Assembly: GCA_963773065.1 (NCBI GenBank)
Contig: CAVYZN010000008.1
Location: forward strand, 160,001-224,000
Length of the DNA: 64,000 bases
Direction: 5' to 3'
Origin: an uncultured Gammaproteobacteria bacterium
GTDB taxonomy: Bacteria; Pseudomonadota; Gammaproteobacteria; UBA9214
In this document: piece after piece, positions 1 to 17,107 of the stretch
How positions within the stretch are numbered: position 1 is the stretch's first letter
How the letters are laid out: every line of letters begins with the position of its first letter
The notes under the pieces: model-generated
What the model was told of the DNA's origin: nothing
The model's input: only the letters and a program-made list of their open reading frames with translations
The model's database searches: none
Translations under genes and position numbers: made by a program

Positions 1-6606
<6,606 letters not shown>

Positions 6607-6807
6607 GGTATTCCTCTTCAGGTTACTGTCCAGGCAAGCAGGATGTCGGTGCGATCCCGTCGATTGGCCCTAACAGTGCGCAGCGGCACGGATGCCGCCG
6701 CATTCCTCTTGTCACAAGCAGTGAAAGGCCGGGCGCATGTAGCGCTACCGGCCTGCCCTGTAATCCAGCGGTTGCGGCAATCACGTAATGGATTACGTCG
6801 GTTCCGC

Positions 6808-7182
6808 TTACTTGAGTTCGACGCTGGCGCCGGCCTCTTCGAGCTGTTTCTTGATGTCGGCGGCCTCGGCCTTGCTCGCCGCTTCCTTGACGGTGGAAGG
6901 CGCGCCCTCGACCATGTCCTTGGCCTCCTTGAGGCCCAGCCCGGTGATGGCGCGCACCACCTTGATGACGCCGACCTTGTTGGCGCCGAAGCTGGTCATG
7001 ACGACATCGAACTCGGTCTTCTCCTCGGCGGCGGCGGCTTCGGCAGCCGCCGCCGGCGCCGCGGCCACGGCCGCGGCGGCGGTGACGCCGAACTTCTCTT
7101 CCATGGCGGCGATCAGGTCGACGACCTGCATCACCGTCATGTTGGAAATGGTCTCCAGAATCTCTGCTTGCGTAACGGCCAT
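6808..7182 (-). CDS. rplL: 50S ribosomal protein L7/L12
   Basis: EEKTEFDVV...[15 protein letters not shown]; synteny. Confidence 0.98.
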   Translation of the reverse strand: MAVTQAEILETISNMTVMQVVDLIAAMEEKFGVTAAAAVAAAPAAAAEAAAAEEKTEFDVVMTSFGANKVGVIKVVRAITGLGLKEAKDMVEGAPSTVKEAASKAEAADIKKQLEEAGASVELK

Positions 7183-7227
7183 AACGAATACTCCTGTTTA
7201 AAATCTGAATTAGTTAGATGAATGGGT

Positions 7228-7758
7228 TCAGGCTGCCTGCTGCTTCTGGTCGCGTATCGCCGCCACGGTGCGCGCCAGCTTGGACGGCACTTCGTTCAGC
7301 GTGCGCACAAACTTCGCCACCGGGGCCTGCATGACCGACATCAGCAGGCTGATCGCCTGATCGCGCGTCGGGAGCTTGGCCAGACGGTCGATATCGGAGG
7401 GCTCCAGCAACTGACCGCCGACGGACAGCATGGTGACCTGGAACTTGTCGTGCTCCTTGGCAAAGTCCTTGGCCACGCGCGCCGCCGCGCCCGGATCCTC
7501 CCGGGAAAACGCCAGCAGCAGGGGACCGGTCAGCCGCCCGCTCATGCACGCGAAGTCGGTATCCTGCAGGGCGCGGCGCGCCAGCGTGTTTTTCACGACG
7601 CGCAGGTAGACATTGTCCTGGCGCGCCCTGATCCGCAGACTGGTCATCTCCCCGACGGTGAGACCGCGGTATTCCGCGGCCACCGCCGAGTAGGCCCCTT
7701 TCGCCACTTCGGCGACTTCGGCAACGACAGCCTTTTTCTCTTCAAGTGTTAATGCCAT
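7228..7758 (-). CDS. rplJ: 50S ribosomal protein L10
   Basis: [15 protein letters not shown]...[10 protein letters not shown]; synteny. Confidence 0.97.
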   Translation of the reverse strand: MALTLEEKKAVVAEVAEVAKGAYSAVAAEYRGLTVGEMTSLRIRARQDNVYLRVVKNTLARRALQDTDFACMSGRLTGPLLLAFSREDPGAAARVAKDFAKEHDKFQVTMLSVGGQLLEPSDIDRLAKLPTRDQAISLLMSVMQAPVAKFVRTLNEVPSKLARTVAAIRDQKQQAA

Positions 7759-7870
7759 TGCATTTACCTCTTCGGGAATTCGCCTGCGGCGCAAGGCTTT
7801 CGGCCCCTTCCCGTTCATTATCACGGCGCCGGCCGGCTGCGGCCGGCGCACTCAATCGGTGACCTGACGC

Positions 7871-7960
7871 CACCATCTGCGCAGGCCGGCCCGCAGGCAT
7901 CGCGGATCGATTAAACCCGGCTTCCGGAGAGCGGTCGCCAGGTACCTGCGGTCTTTGACG
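7871..7960 (-). promoter_or_regulatory. L10 leader (autoregulatory RNA)
   Basis: GTCAAAGACCGCAGG...CCTGCGCAGATGGTG on minus strand between rplA and rplJ. Confidence 0.7.
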
Positions 7961-8031
7961 GCCGCCGGAGGGAAACCCGCCGGCGAGCGCCAAACCGTGC
8001 GCGGCAGACGTTGACCGCCTGCCGCGCAAAA

Positions 8032-8730
8032 TCACGCTATTTCCAGTGTGGACTGGTCAACCACTAGGCCCGGTCCCATCGTGGTCGATACCGAGACCTT
8101 CTTCAGGTACACGCCCTTGGATGCCGACGGCTTGGCCTTCTGCAGGTCGGCAAGCAGCGCGAGCAGGTTTTCCTTGAGTGCTTGCACCTTGAAATCCACC
8201 TTCCCGATCGTGCAGTGGATGATGCCGGCTTTGTCCGTGCGGTAACGCACCTGCCCGGCCTTCGCATTCCTGACGGCTGAGGCGACATCCGGCGTCACGG
8301 TGCCGACTTTCGGGTTCGGCATCAGGCCGCGCGGACCCAGTATCTGGCCCAGGGTGCCGACGATGCGCATGGCATCCGGCGAGGCGATTACGACATCAAA
8401 GTTCATGACGCCCTTTTTCACCTCATCGGCGAGATCCTCCAGCCCGACGATATCCGCACCGGCGGCCCTGGCGGCATCGGCATTCGCGCCCTGGGTGAAG
8501 ACGGCCACGCGCACCGTCTTGCCGGTACCGTTGGGCAGCACGGTGGAACCACGCACGACCTGGTCCGATTTGCGCGGATCAACGCTGAGATTGACGCTGA
8601 CGTCCACCGATTCCCGGAACTTCACACGGGAGAGATCCTGCAGCAGGCCGAGCGCCTCATCGACCGGATACTGTTTGCCCGGGGTGAGCTTTTCCTGGAT
8701 CGCCTTGGCCCGTTTGGTCAGTTTGGCCAT
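8032..8730 (-). CDS. rplA: 50S ribosomal protein L1
   Basis: [32 protein letters not shown]. Confidence 0.98.
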   Translation of the reverse strand: MAKLTKRAKAIQEKLTPGKQYPVDEALGLLQDLSRVKFRESVDVSVNLSVDPRKSDQVVRGSTVLPNGTGKTVRVAVFTQGANADAARAAGADIVGLEDLADEVKKGVMNFDVVIASPDAMRIVGTLGQILGPRGLMPNPKVGTVTPDVASAVRNAKAGQVRYRTDKAGIIHCTIGKVDFKVQALKENLLALLADLQKAKPSASKGVYLKKVSVSTTMGPGLVVDQSTLEIA

Positions 8731-8733
8731 GAC

Positions 8734-9165
8734 TCAATCCTCCACCACGTCAAGACCCATGCTGCGGGCGGTGCCGGCGACAATGCGCACCGCCGCCTCC
8801 AGGTCCGCTGCATTCAGGTCAGGCATCTTGGTAGCGGCGATCACTTCCAGTTGGGCGCGGTTGACCTTGCCCACCTTGTTGGTATTGGGCGTGCTGGAAC
8901 CCTTCGGTATGCCGAGCGCCTTCATCAGCAGCACCGAGGCGGGCGGCGTCTTGGTGACAAAGGTAAAGCTGCGATCGCTGTACACGGTGATCACGACGGG
9001 AATCGGCAGGCCCTTTTCGATTTGCTGGGTCTGCGCATTGAATGTTTTGCAGAACTCCATGATATTCACGCCGTGCTGACCCAGCGCCGGGCCGACCGGC
9101 GGACTCGGGTTGGCTTCACCCGCCTTCACCTGCAGCTTGATATAAGCCTGGATTTTCTTTGCCAT
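8734..9165 (-). CDS. rplK: 50S ribosomal protein L11
   Basis: [23 protein letters not shown]. Confidence 0.98.
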   Translation of the reverse strand: MAKKIQAYIKLQVKAGEANPSPPVGPALGQHGVNIMEFCKTFNAQTQQIEKGLPIPVVITVYSDRSFTFVTKTPPASVLLMKALGIPKGSSTPNTNKVGKVNRAQLEVIAATKMPDLNAADLEAAVRIVAGTARSMGLDVVED

Positions 9166-9177
9166 CATTGACTCCTG

Positions 9178-9204
9178 TGGGTACCAGCGCCTTGCGGCTC
9201 CCCT
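9178..9204 (-). promoter_or_regulatory. Probable L1-binding operator upstream of rplK
   Basis: GGGGAGCCGCAAGGCGCTGGTACCC hairpin just before the rplK RBS. Confidence 0.55.
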
Positions 9205-9206
9205 GT

Positions 9207-9740
9207 TTAAGCCTTCTCCACCTGACCGAACTCCAATTCGACCGGTGTCGAGCGGCCGAAAATCAGGACGGATACCCGCAGCCGGCTCTTGTCGTAATTG
9301 ACCTCTTCAACCACGCCGTTGAAGTCGTTGAACGGCCCGTCGGTGACGCGCACCACCTGGCCCACCTCAAACAGCACCTTCGGCTTGGGCTTGTCCGCCC
9401 CTTCCTGAACACGCTGCAATATGGAATCCGCCTCGCGTTGCGTGATCGGCGCCGGCCGGTCGCTGGTTCCGCCGATAAACCCCATGACCTTGGGGGCGTT
9501 CTTGACCAGGTGCCAGGTGTCGTCATTCATTTCCATCTGCACCAGCACGTAACCGGGGAAAAACTTGCGTTCGCTCTTGCGCTTGGCGCCATCGCGCATC
9601 TCCACGACCTCTTCCGTCGGCACCAGGATGTCGCCGAACTTGTCCTGCATGCCGCTGCGCGCGATCCGCTCCTTGAGCGTGCGCTTGACCTGGTTTTCAA
9701 ACCCCGAATAGGCGTGAACGACGTACCACTGCAAAGACAT
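9207..9740 (-). CDS. nusG: Transcription termination/antitermination factor NusG
   Basis: [30 protein letters not shown]. Confidence 0.98.
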   Translation of the reverse strand: MSLQWYVVHAYSGFENQVKRTLKERIARSGMQDKFGDILVPTEEVVEMRDGAKRKSERKFFPGYVLVQMEMNDDTWHLVKNAPKVMGFIGGTSDRPAPITQREADSILQRVQEGADKPKPKVLFEVGQVVRVTDGPFNDFNGVVEEVNYDKSRLRVSVLIFGRSTPVELEFGQVEKA

Positions 9741-9744
9741 TATT

Positions 9745-10137
9745 TCAGCTTCCCTGACCCGTCAGTAATTGAACGGCGCGTAACAACACCATGTCCAGCA
9801 GCCAGAGAAACACCCCGACCAGCAGGACGATGAAGATGACCGCCAGCGTCGTCTGCACCGTCTCGGTCCGGGTTGGCCAGACCATGCGCCGCACCTCGTT
9901 CTGCGCGCCGCTGACAAATCCCACCACCTGGCGCCCAAGATCGGTTTGGTAGGCGATCGCCATCGCGACAGCCGCCACCATCAGCAGACCGAGCACCCGC
10001 ACTACGGCCATCTGGCCGGCGAAATAGTAGAAACCATAGACCCCGGCGCACATCAGCAGGATGGCAATCCCGAGCTTCAGCGAGTCGAGTCTCCCACCTT
10101 GCGGTCGCCCGCCTTGCGTTTCAACTTTTGCGTTCAT
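9745..10137 (-). CDS. secE: Preprotein translocase SecE
   Basis: Three TM segments, [13 protein letters not shown]; synteny. Confidence 0.95.
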   Translation of the reverse strand: MNAKVETQGGRPQGGRLDSLKLGIAILLMCAGVYGFYYFAGQMAVVRVLGLLMVAAVAMAIAYQTDLGRQVVGFVSGAQNEVRRMVWPTRTETVQTTLAVIFIVLLVGVFLWLLDMVLLRAVQLLTGQGS

Positions 10138-10178
10138 AATCCCTGCTAGGGACAGATTGAAATCTGCCCCTCATCCTC

Positions 10179-10254
10179 TGGCAGGCCAGGAGGGAATCGA
10201 ACCCCCAACCTGCGGTTTTGGAGACCGCCGCTCTGCCAATTGAGCTACTGGCCT
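10179..10254 (-). tRNA. tRNA-Trp (CCA)
   Basis: 76-nt cloverleaf, anticodon loop CTCCAAA, encoded CCA end. Confidence 0.96.
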
Positions 10255-10263
10255 AAATTAAAT

Positions 10264-10352
10264 GAATTAAAAGGGGTCAGACCCCATTTTTTACGCGCCG
10301 CACCCTGTCTGATCAATCGTTAACAAAAATGGGGTCTGACCCCTTTTAATTC
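10264..10352. repeat. Perfect 28-bp inverted repeat with GGGGTCAGACCCC core
   Basis: gaattaaaaggggtcagaccccattttt (10264-10291) / aaaaatggggtctgaccccttttaattc (10325-10352). Confidence 0.9.
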
Positions 10353-11543
10353 TCACTCGATGATCTTCGCGACCACCCCGGCGCCGACGGTGCGTCCACC
10401 CTCGCGGATGGCAAAGCGCAGGCCCTCTTCCATCGCAATCGGGGCAATCAGCGACACCGTCATCTTCACGTTGTCCCCCGGCATCACCATCTCCACGCCC
10501 TCCGGCAGATCGCACGCCCCCGTCACGTCCGTCGTGCGAAAATAAAACTGCGGCCGGTAACCATTGAAAAACGGCGTGTGCCGCCCGCCCTCCTCCTTGG
10601 AAAGCACGTACACCTCACTCTCAAACTTCGTGTGCGGCGTGATCGACCCCGGCTTGGCCAGCACCTGACCACGCTCCACTTCCTCGCGCTTGGTGCCGCG
10701 CAACAGCACACCCACGTTGTCACCCGCCTGACCCTGGTCCAGCAGCTTGCGAAACATCTCCACGCCCGTGCAGGTGGTCTTCAGCGTGTCCCGGATCCCC
10801 ACGATCGCAATCTCATCGCCGACCTTCACCACACCACGCTCAATACGCCCCGTCACCACCGTGCCCCGCCCCGAGATCGAAAACACATCCTCCACCGGCA
10901 TCAGAAAATCACCGTCCATCGCCCGCACCGGCTCCGGTATGTACGCATCCATCGCCTCCACCAGCTTCACAATCGAGGGCACGCCAATCTCCGAGGCGTC
11001 CCCCTCCAGCGCCTTCAGCGCCGAACCCGTCACAATCGGCGTCGCATCACCCGGAAAATCATACTTGTCCAAAAGCTCCCGGATCTCCATCTCCACCAGC
11101 TCCAAAAGCTCCGCATCGTCCACCTGGTCCGCCTTGTTCATGTACACCAGAATGTAGGGCACACCCACCTGACGCGAGAGCAAGATGTGCTCGCGCGTCT
11201 GCGGCATCGGACCGTCCGCCGCACTCACCACCAAAATCGCTCCGTCCATCTGCGCCGCACCCGTGATCATGTTCTTCACATAGTCCGCGTGCCCCGGACA
11301 GTCCACGTGCGCATAATGACGCTTCGCACTCTCGTACTCCACGTGCGCCGTGGCAATCGTGATCCCGCGCTCCCGCTCCTCCGGCGCATTGTCAATCTGG
11401 TCGTACGCCTTGAATACCCCACCGTGCAGTTCCGCCATCACCTTCGTGATCGCCGCCGTCAACGTCGTCTTCCCATGATCCACGTGGCCTATCGTCCCCA
11501 CGTTTACATGCGGCTTCGTTCGCTCGAATTTTTCCTTGGACAT
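10353..11543 (-). CDS. tuf: Elongation factor Tu
   Basis: [27 protein letters not shown]. Confidence 0.99.
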   Translation of the reverse strand: MSKEKFERTKPHVNVGTIGHVDHGKTTLTAAITKVMAELHGGVFKAYDQIDNAPEERERGITIATAHVEYESAKRHYAHVDCPGHADYVKNMITGAAQMDGAILVVSAADGPMPQTREHILLSRQVGVPYILVYMNKADQVDDAELLELVEMEIRELLDKYDFPGDATPIVTGSALKALEGDASEIGVPSIVKLVEAMDAYIPEPVRAMDGDFLMPVEDVFSISGRGTVVTGRIERGVVKVGDEIAIVGIRDTLKTTCTGVEMFRKLLDQGQAGDNVGVLLRGTKREEVERGQVLAKPGSITPHTKFESEVYVLSKEEGGRHTPFFNGYRPQFYFRTTDVTGACDLPEGVEMVMPGDNVKMTVSLIAPIAMEEGLRFAIREGGRTVGAGVVAKIIE

Positions 11544-11602
11544 CGCGCCTGTCTCCCGTTGCGTGGCTGTGCGTTTACTCTGGCAAAACCGTCAAAATAT
11601 AC

Positions 11603-11678
<76 letters not shown>

Positions 11679-11707
11679 GGAAACCTTGTCCTCATTCCCG
11701 ATTATTA

Positions 11708-11781
<74 letters not shown>

Positions 11782-11839
11782 ATGGTCCAAACCCCAACGT
11801 CTGCGATCGCTGATTCGGCAGGCGTGATTTCATCTCGTT

Positions 11840-11924
11840 TGGTGGAGGGGGGAGGATTTGAACCTCCGAAGGCAGAGCCGTCAGATTTACAGTCTGATCC
11901 CTTTGACCGCTCGGGAACCCCTCC
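11840..11924 (-). tRNA. tRNA-Tyr (GTA)
   Basis: 85-nt with long variable arm, anticodon GTA, CCA end. Confidence 0.96.
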
Positions 11925-11942
11925 AAAAAATGCAAGCCCGCA

Positions 11943-11972
11943 ATTGTCTTGCAGAGCCGGATCGCTTGTCAA
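11943..11972 (-). promoter_or_regulatory. Sigma70 promoter of the tRNA-tuf operon
   Basis: TTGACA-18bp-GACAAT followed by a GC-rich discriminator just upstream of tRNA-Tyr. Confidence 0.6.
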
Positions 11973-12227
11973 CTGAAATGAGCGTCCTATTGAATAGGCG
12001 TGCGGGTGCGCCATGTAGGGGTCAAGCCATCCTCCCCGCATGCCGTCGACTGGCATCGTCCCGGCGCAGGAACAAGGTGCAGACTGCACGACCGTATTCA
12101 GACGGTCAATATATTGACGCTTTTAGATTGCGCCAGTGGTCAAAATGAATGCCACGGCTTGATAACTGAATAGAAACCCCCGCCCCTGCCTGCAAGGAGC
12201 CGTTTCGAGTGCCGCTTTAGTTGCGCT

Positions 12228-12695
12228 TTATTGACTGAAGTGCCCGTGCCGTATCTCTTCACCCATCAGGGTTTCAAACACTTCGGAACTGACGTGGATC
12301 AGTTGCTCGTGGTCGCCGGCTTCAAAATAGATTTCCGGTTGTTCCGCGATGGTATCGTCGACAAGCGTCTCCAACCCGTAGGCAGGGCCTATGGCCGGAA
12401 GCGCACCAATTTCACAATCACGAAACAGGTTGCTGAGTTCGTATTCATTCGCCAGTTCCAGATTCCGTTTCAACTGGCGCTGTAACTCACTCAGATCAAG
12501 CCGCCGGTTGGCGGGCAGGACCACCATGAGGTAACCCTGGTCATCTTCCAGGACAACGGATTTGGCGAGCCGGTCTCCTGGCACGTGTGCGACGGCGGCG
12601 CTTTCCGCGCTCGAAACCGTATGGGTGTGACCCATAACATCATAGGGTACATCGTACTCGGCCAGATATTTTGACACTGTTGTGGCAATTGACAT
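12228..12695 (-). CDS. YbaK/EbsC family aminoacyl-tRNA deacylase
   Basis: LAKSVVL, FRDCEIGALP, YFEAGDH. Confidence 0.88.
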   Translation of the reverse strand: MSIATTVSKYLAEYDVPYDVMGHTHTVSSAESAAVAHVPGDRLAKSVVLEDDQGYLMVVLPANRRLDLSELQRQLKRNLELANEYELSNLFRDCEIGALPAIGPAYGLETLVDDTIAEQPEIYFEAGDHEQLIHVSSEVFETLMGEEIRHGHFSQ

Positions 12696-12843
12696 GATTT
12701 TACCCTCCGCTGACATGTTCAACATGAGAAGTATAGATCATGCCGGCGAGGGTCGAGAGCGCTAAAAAGACCCACAGCGGATAGAGGGAGTTCGCGACGC
12801 CGGCAGGATCCCTACTGGGCGATGCGCGTGACGCGGTTGTTGG

Positions 12844-13542
12844 TCAGGACACGCCGTGCCGCCAATGCCGCCGCCTCAGCGCGATATCATCGTCGGCCGG
12901 CTCCCGCTCCCGCCAGGGATCGGCGTCCGGCGGCTCGTCGCCGGACGTCTCGTTCTCCCAATCATAGGTCTTCTCGGGCAGGGCGGGCTCGCGATGCTGG
13001 AACACAAACGCGGCGATGACGCCCATCAAGGCGCCGAAGAAATGACTCTCGTAGGAAATGCCCGGCTGTTGCGGAAAGATCGTCCACACCATGCCGCCAT
13101 ACAGGAAGAACACGATCAGGGAAAGCGCGATCGACAGTCTGTCCCGGCGCAGGATCCCGCTGACGAAGATGAAGAACATCAGGCCATGCGCCAACCCGCT
13201 GGCGCCGAAGTGATAGCTGCCCCGCCCAAACAACCAGACGCCCAGACCCGACCCCAGCCATATCAGCAGGAGCACGTAGCGGAAAGAACGCGGATAGCCG
13301 TACAGGAACACGACGCCCAGCACCATGAGGGCCAGACTGTTGGAGAGCAGATGCTGCCATGAGGCATGCAGCAGCGGCGCGCAAACCACACCCCACAGGC
13401 CGCGCCACTCGCGCGGGTAGACGCCGAGGCGCGCCAGGTGCAGATCAAACCCGGTATCAAGCAGTTCGATGGCCCAGAGCAGGCCGATGAAGACCGCGAC
13501 GCCGAACAGGGCCAGCCGGAAACGCGCGGCATCTTCCGTCAC
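12844..13542 (-). CDS. Rhomboid family intramembrane serine protease
   Basis: HLLSNS, GASG catalytic motif, SHFFG, multiple TMs. Confidence 0.9.
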   Translation of the reverse strand: MTEDAARFRLALFGVAVFIGLLWAIELLDTGFDLHLARLGVYPREWRGLWGVVCAPLLHASWQHLLSNSLALMVLGVVFLYGYPRSFRYVLLLIWLGSGLGVWLFGRGSYHFGASGLAHGLMFFIFVSGILRRDRLSIALSLIVFFLYGGMVWTIFPQQPGISYESHFFGALMGVIAAFVFQHREPALPEKTYDWENETSGDEPPDADPWREREPADDDIALRRRHWRHGVS

Positions 13543-13566
13543 CGTTGCATTCCCTGCCGCCGCGCG

Positions 13567-14565
13567 TCAATCGCCGCCGCCGATGCGCACCACCGTCCTG
13601 CCCGTGTGCTGTCCGGACAGCAGGCGTTCAAACACACCGGGCAAGCCGTCGAGACCGATGGTCTCGCGGACGATGGCCTCGAGATGCGCCGGACGCAGAT
13701 CGGAGGCCAGCCGTTGCCAGAGCCGGCGCCGCCGGTCCATGGAGCAGTTGGCCGAGGTGATGCCCAGCAGACTGACGCCGCGCAGGATAAACGGCATGAC
13801 GGTGGTATTGAGTTCCATGCCACCCGCCAGGCCGATGCTGGCGATGCTCCCCCACGGCTTGACCGTCCGCGTCAGCCAGGCGAGCACCGCGCCACCGACA
13901 TTATCGATGGCGCCGCCCCACTGCGCCTGCTCCAGTGGACGAGCGCCCGGCGCCAGGGTGCGACGATCCAGCAGGGCGTTCGCACCCAGTCCCCGCAGAT
14001 AGGCCTCCGCATCCGGTTTGCCGGTCAGCGCCGTCACCTCGTAGCCCCGTCGACTCAAGAGGTCGATGGCGTAACTTCCCACCCCGCCCGTCGCCCCGGT
14101 GACCAGCACGGGGCCAAGCTGCGGCCGCTGGCCATTCTGTTCCATGCGCTCGATGGCGAGGGCCGCCGTAAAGCCCGCGGTACCGATGGCCATGGCGGCG
14201 AAGGCGGACATCCCGTGCGGCAACGGCACCACCCATGCGGCTGGCACCCGCACGCGCTCGGCAAATCCGCCGTCATGGTCCTCGCCGAGCCCGCAGCCGG
14301 TTACCAGCACGGCGTCGCCTTCCCGGAAGCGGGGTTCGCGGGACTCCGCCACCACGCCGGCCACATCGATGCCGCCGACCAGGGGCGAGCGGCGCAGGAT
14401 TTTGCCCCGGCCGGTCGCGGCCAGCGCATCCTTGTAATTGACGCCGGAATAGCGGGCCTCGATGACGACCTCGCCGGGCGTGAGATCGGCGAGGGTGAGT
14501 TCCTCCAGAGCGGCGCGCGTCGCGCCCAGCTCCTGGTAGATACGAAAGGCCCTGAAACCGCTCAT
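13567..14565 (-). CDS. acuI: YhdH/AcuI family acryloyl-CoA reductase
   Basis: YSGVNYKDALA, VTGATGGVG, TVMPFILRGVSLLGI. Confidence 0.88.
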   Translation of the reverse strand: MSGFRAFRIYQELGATRAALEELTLADLTPGEVVIEARYSGVNYKDALAATGRGKILRRSPLVGGIDVAGVVAESREPRFREGDAVLVTGCGLGEDHDGGFAERVRVPAAWVVPLPHGMSAFAAMAIGTAGFTAALAIERMEQNGQRPQLGPVLVTGATGGVGSYAIDLLSRRGYEVTALTGKPDAEAYLRGLGANALLDRRTLAPGARPLEQAQWGGAIDNVGGAVLAWLTRTVKPWGSIASIGLAGGMELNTTVMPFILRGVSLLGITSANCSMDRRRRLWQRLASDLRPAHLEAIVRETIGLDGLPGVFERLLSGQHTGRTVVRIGGGD

Positions 14566-14575
14566 GGGCGCTGCG

Positions 14576-15074
14576 TCACTCTGCGGTGGAACCGGCCGGC
14601 AGATAATGCAACTCCCCGTTGTAATCAAACGGCAGTTTGCGGGTAGCTGTTCTCGAGGCGGATGCTGCCCGTCAGTCGGTACTTAAGGCTTTCGTGTGTC
14701 TCCGCGTTCATCTCCTGCAACTGTTGCAGCATGCCGAGCAGGTTGCTCACCACGTCGACGTCGAGCAAGGCCTCGCCATAGGGGGGAATGGACACCGGCT
14801 GCCGGCTAACGCCATAGGCGAATTCACGGCCGTTGATCTGCAGTGTATACTGCATGCCGGTAACGGGAAGGGCTTCGTCGTTGGGGTTCAGGATCCTGAG
14901 CTGAAGCGCATAGCGCTGCTCGAGCACGCCCACCTCCTTGGGCTGGATGCTGACCAGCGAGACGCGCGGCGGCTCACGGTAGGCGCTCAAGCCGGCGCAA
15001 CCGCTGGCCAGGGAAACAAGCAGTAGGATGACCGCGGTGCAGTACGGCCGGTTGCGCCGATCAGGGGTTTTCAT
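14576..15074 (-). CDS. LEA type 2 (WHy) domain lipoprotein; probable frameshift near 3' end
   Basis: Lipobox LASGC, LRILNPN; alternative frame continues KLPFDYNGEL. Confidence 0.8.
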
Positions 15075-15801
15075 GCGCATCCCGCGTTGCCGACGGCCCG
15101 AACTCCTCGCCCTTGCGCACCGGCCCGTAGGGTGCGTCACGGTGCCGGTCATGATACTGCATGCGGTACTGGATGAAGCGCTCACGGGTGTCGAAGTGCA
15201 GGAAGGGGTTGCCCGCGATCTGCTCCTTAAGGGTGGAGGTCGCCTGTTCCGCGTAATTATGCCCCGGATGGATGAGCGTTGCGGGCGGCAGGTGTTCGGC
15301 CAGATCCTTCAGGGTGACGTACATCCGCTCCGGATCACCGCCGCGCAAATCACAGCGCCCACAGCCGAATACGAACAGCGTGTCCCCGGTGATCAGCTCG
15401 TCGCCGACCCGGTAACAGGCCGAGCCGGGGGTATGCCCCGGCGTGTGCAGGACGTTGACCGGGGTTGCGCCCAGTTCGATGACGTCACCGCCGTGGTGCA
15501 GGGTCGGCAGATCCAGGCCATGGCCCCAGAAACGCGCTTCCTCCTTGAGCAGGTGCAGCCGGGCGTCGTGTTTTTCGAGGACCGCCTCGATGCCGTTGAT
15601 GTGGTCATGATGGCTGTGGGTCAGGAGTATATCGGTAAGGCGCATGCCCTCGCGCTCCGCCAGCGCCAGCACCTGCGGCACATCCCAGGCCGGGTCCACG
15701 ACCGCCGCGCGCCCGCTGGCCTGGTCATGGATCAGATAGATGAAGTTCTCCATGGGTCCCAGTTCCAGGGCATGGAGAGTAAACGGCTGGGTGTGCGCCA
15801 T
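15061..15801 (-). CDS. MBL-fold metallohydrolase (glyoxalase II / persulfide dioxygenase-like)
   Basis: THSHHDH, HTPGHTPG, TGDTLF, PGH. Confidence 0.9.
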   Translation of the reverse strand: MAHTQPFTLHALELGPMENFIYLIHDQASGRAAVVDPAWDVPQVLALAEREGMRLTDILLTHSHHDHINGIEAVLEKHDARLHLLKEEARFWGHGLDLPTLHHGGDVIELGATPVNVLHTPGHTPGSACYRVGDELITGDTLFVFGCGRCDLRGGDPERMYVTLKDLAEHLPPATLIHPGHNYAEQATSTLKEQIAGNPFLHFDTRERFIQYRMQYHDRHRDAPYGPVRKGEEFGPSATRDAHENP

Positions 15802-15927
15802 GGCGTTAGTCCTTGGGTAGCAGGCAACGGCATCCGCTTCTATTATGGTGGATGCACGCCCTCAGGAACAGGGACGCATGGCCTGCCCCGAAGTCACGCT
15901 GGATTCAGGGCAAGCGAGGAAATCCGC

Positions 15928-16522
15928 ATGGCAGTCCACAAGTTGCTACTTGTACCCGGCACAAGTTGACAGTCCGGTTCTTGGCACCGCGGTGCTGGTC
16001 GCGGCGCTGCAATCGATCGGGTTCATCGCCGCGCCGTTACGCCACGACGAGGCAAGCGGCTATCGTGCCGGGGAGTGTTTCCTGCAACTCATCACCTTTC
16101 TTGGCTGTTCCCCGGCCATCGAGATCGAGCCGCCGGCGGACCCGGCCGAACGCGAACGCGCCTGCGCGAGCGGGAACCTCTGCCATGTCCGGCTCGCACC
16201 GGCGGAAAACCGCCTGCGCTTCCGGGCCGAGGCAGGGTTGCCGGCGCCGCGCTGCCCGCGCTGCCGCAAGGCCGAACCCCGCTGGCAGGATCTGATCGAG
16301 CAGTGGCGGAACGATCCGCGGAAGTCCCACTGGATATGCCGCGAATGCGGCTATTGCGGCCGGCTGTTCGACCTCAACTTCCGCAAACGCGGAGCATTTG
16401 GCCATACCTTCATCGAAATCTGGGGCATCCACACGGCCGAGGCCGTACCGGGAGATACCCTGCTCACCGCCCTCGGCGAACTCTCGGGGTGCGACTGGAA
16501 CTATCTGTACCTGCAGGAATGA
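15928..16522 (+). CDS. Hypothetical Cys-rich (CxxC x2) protein; frameshift near start
   Basis: MAVHKLLLVP start with RBS, continues in the 15845-16522 frame; CPRC, CREC. Confidence 0.65.
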
Positions 16523-16600
16523 GCGTGCTTCCGCGCCGACCCGCGATCTGTGCGACAATAGCGTCACTCCCCTGCAGGCAGACACACCGAGGGCCGTCAC

Positions 16601-16897
16601 ATGGCAGACCAGGAACTCTCCAAAGAAGAACGCATCCTGCGCGTGATGAAGCGCGTACTGACGGATGTCGCCAAGGACACCTACACGCGCCCCGGCTACC
16701 GGCATCCCCTGTCGGATGCCACCGTCCAGGGGATCCGGGATTGCCTCAGTCTCATCACGGCCCGCGAAGCCGAACTGGCGGAAGCGGCGGGCCGCCCCAT
16801 GAACCTGCGCCCGCGCTTCGTCGACGAACCGCAGACCTCGGTGGTCGTCAAGCTCGAGGTCAAGAACCGGAAAGACAAGGACGGCGAAGAGGGCTGA
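16601..16897 (+). CDS. Small conserved hypothetical protein
   Basis: Good RBS and codon usage; SKEERILRVMKRVLTDVAKDT...HPLS. Confidence 0.75.
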   Translation: MADQELSKEERILRVMKRVLTDVAKDTYTRPGYRHPLSDATVQGIRDCLSLITAREAELAEAAGRPMNLRPRFVDEPQTSVVVKLEVKNRKDKDGEEG

Positions 16898-16900
16898 TCA

Positions 16901-17035
16901 CTAGTGTTCATCCATGAACACCATTTTCACCGCAAAGACGCAAAGTTCGCGAAGAAACTTAATTAACAAAAAAATTAAATGGCTTTGGTTCTTTGCGTCT
17001 TTGCGGTGAGTTTTTTCTTTATGGATGGACACTAG
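16901..17035. mobile_element. MITE-like element with nested inverted repeats
   Basis: CTAG at both ends; ctagtgttcatccat/atggatggacactag; internal tcaccgcaaagacgcaaag/ctttgcgtctttgcggtga; AT-rich core. Confidence 0.75.
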
Positions 17036-17107
17036 GATAGTCCCGTTCCCTTTCAGCGAAATTCGCCGCGCCCGATCCAGCCGGCAAGACGCGACTCTGA
17101 CTCAGCC

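Noticed and set aside
12105-12118. Perfect palindrome gtcaatatattgac
   Set aside because: Single short palindrome; could be an operator but there is no supporting evidence.
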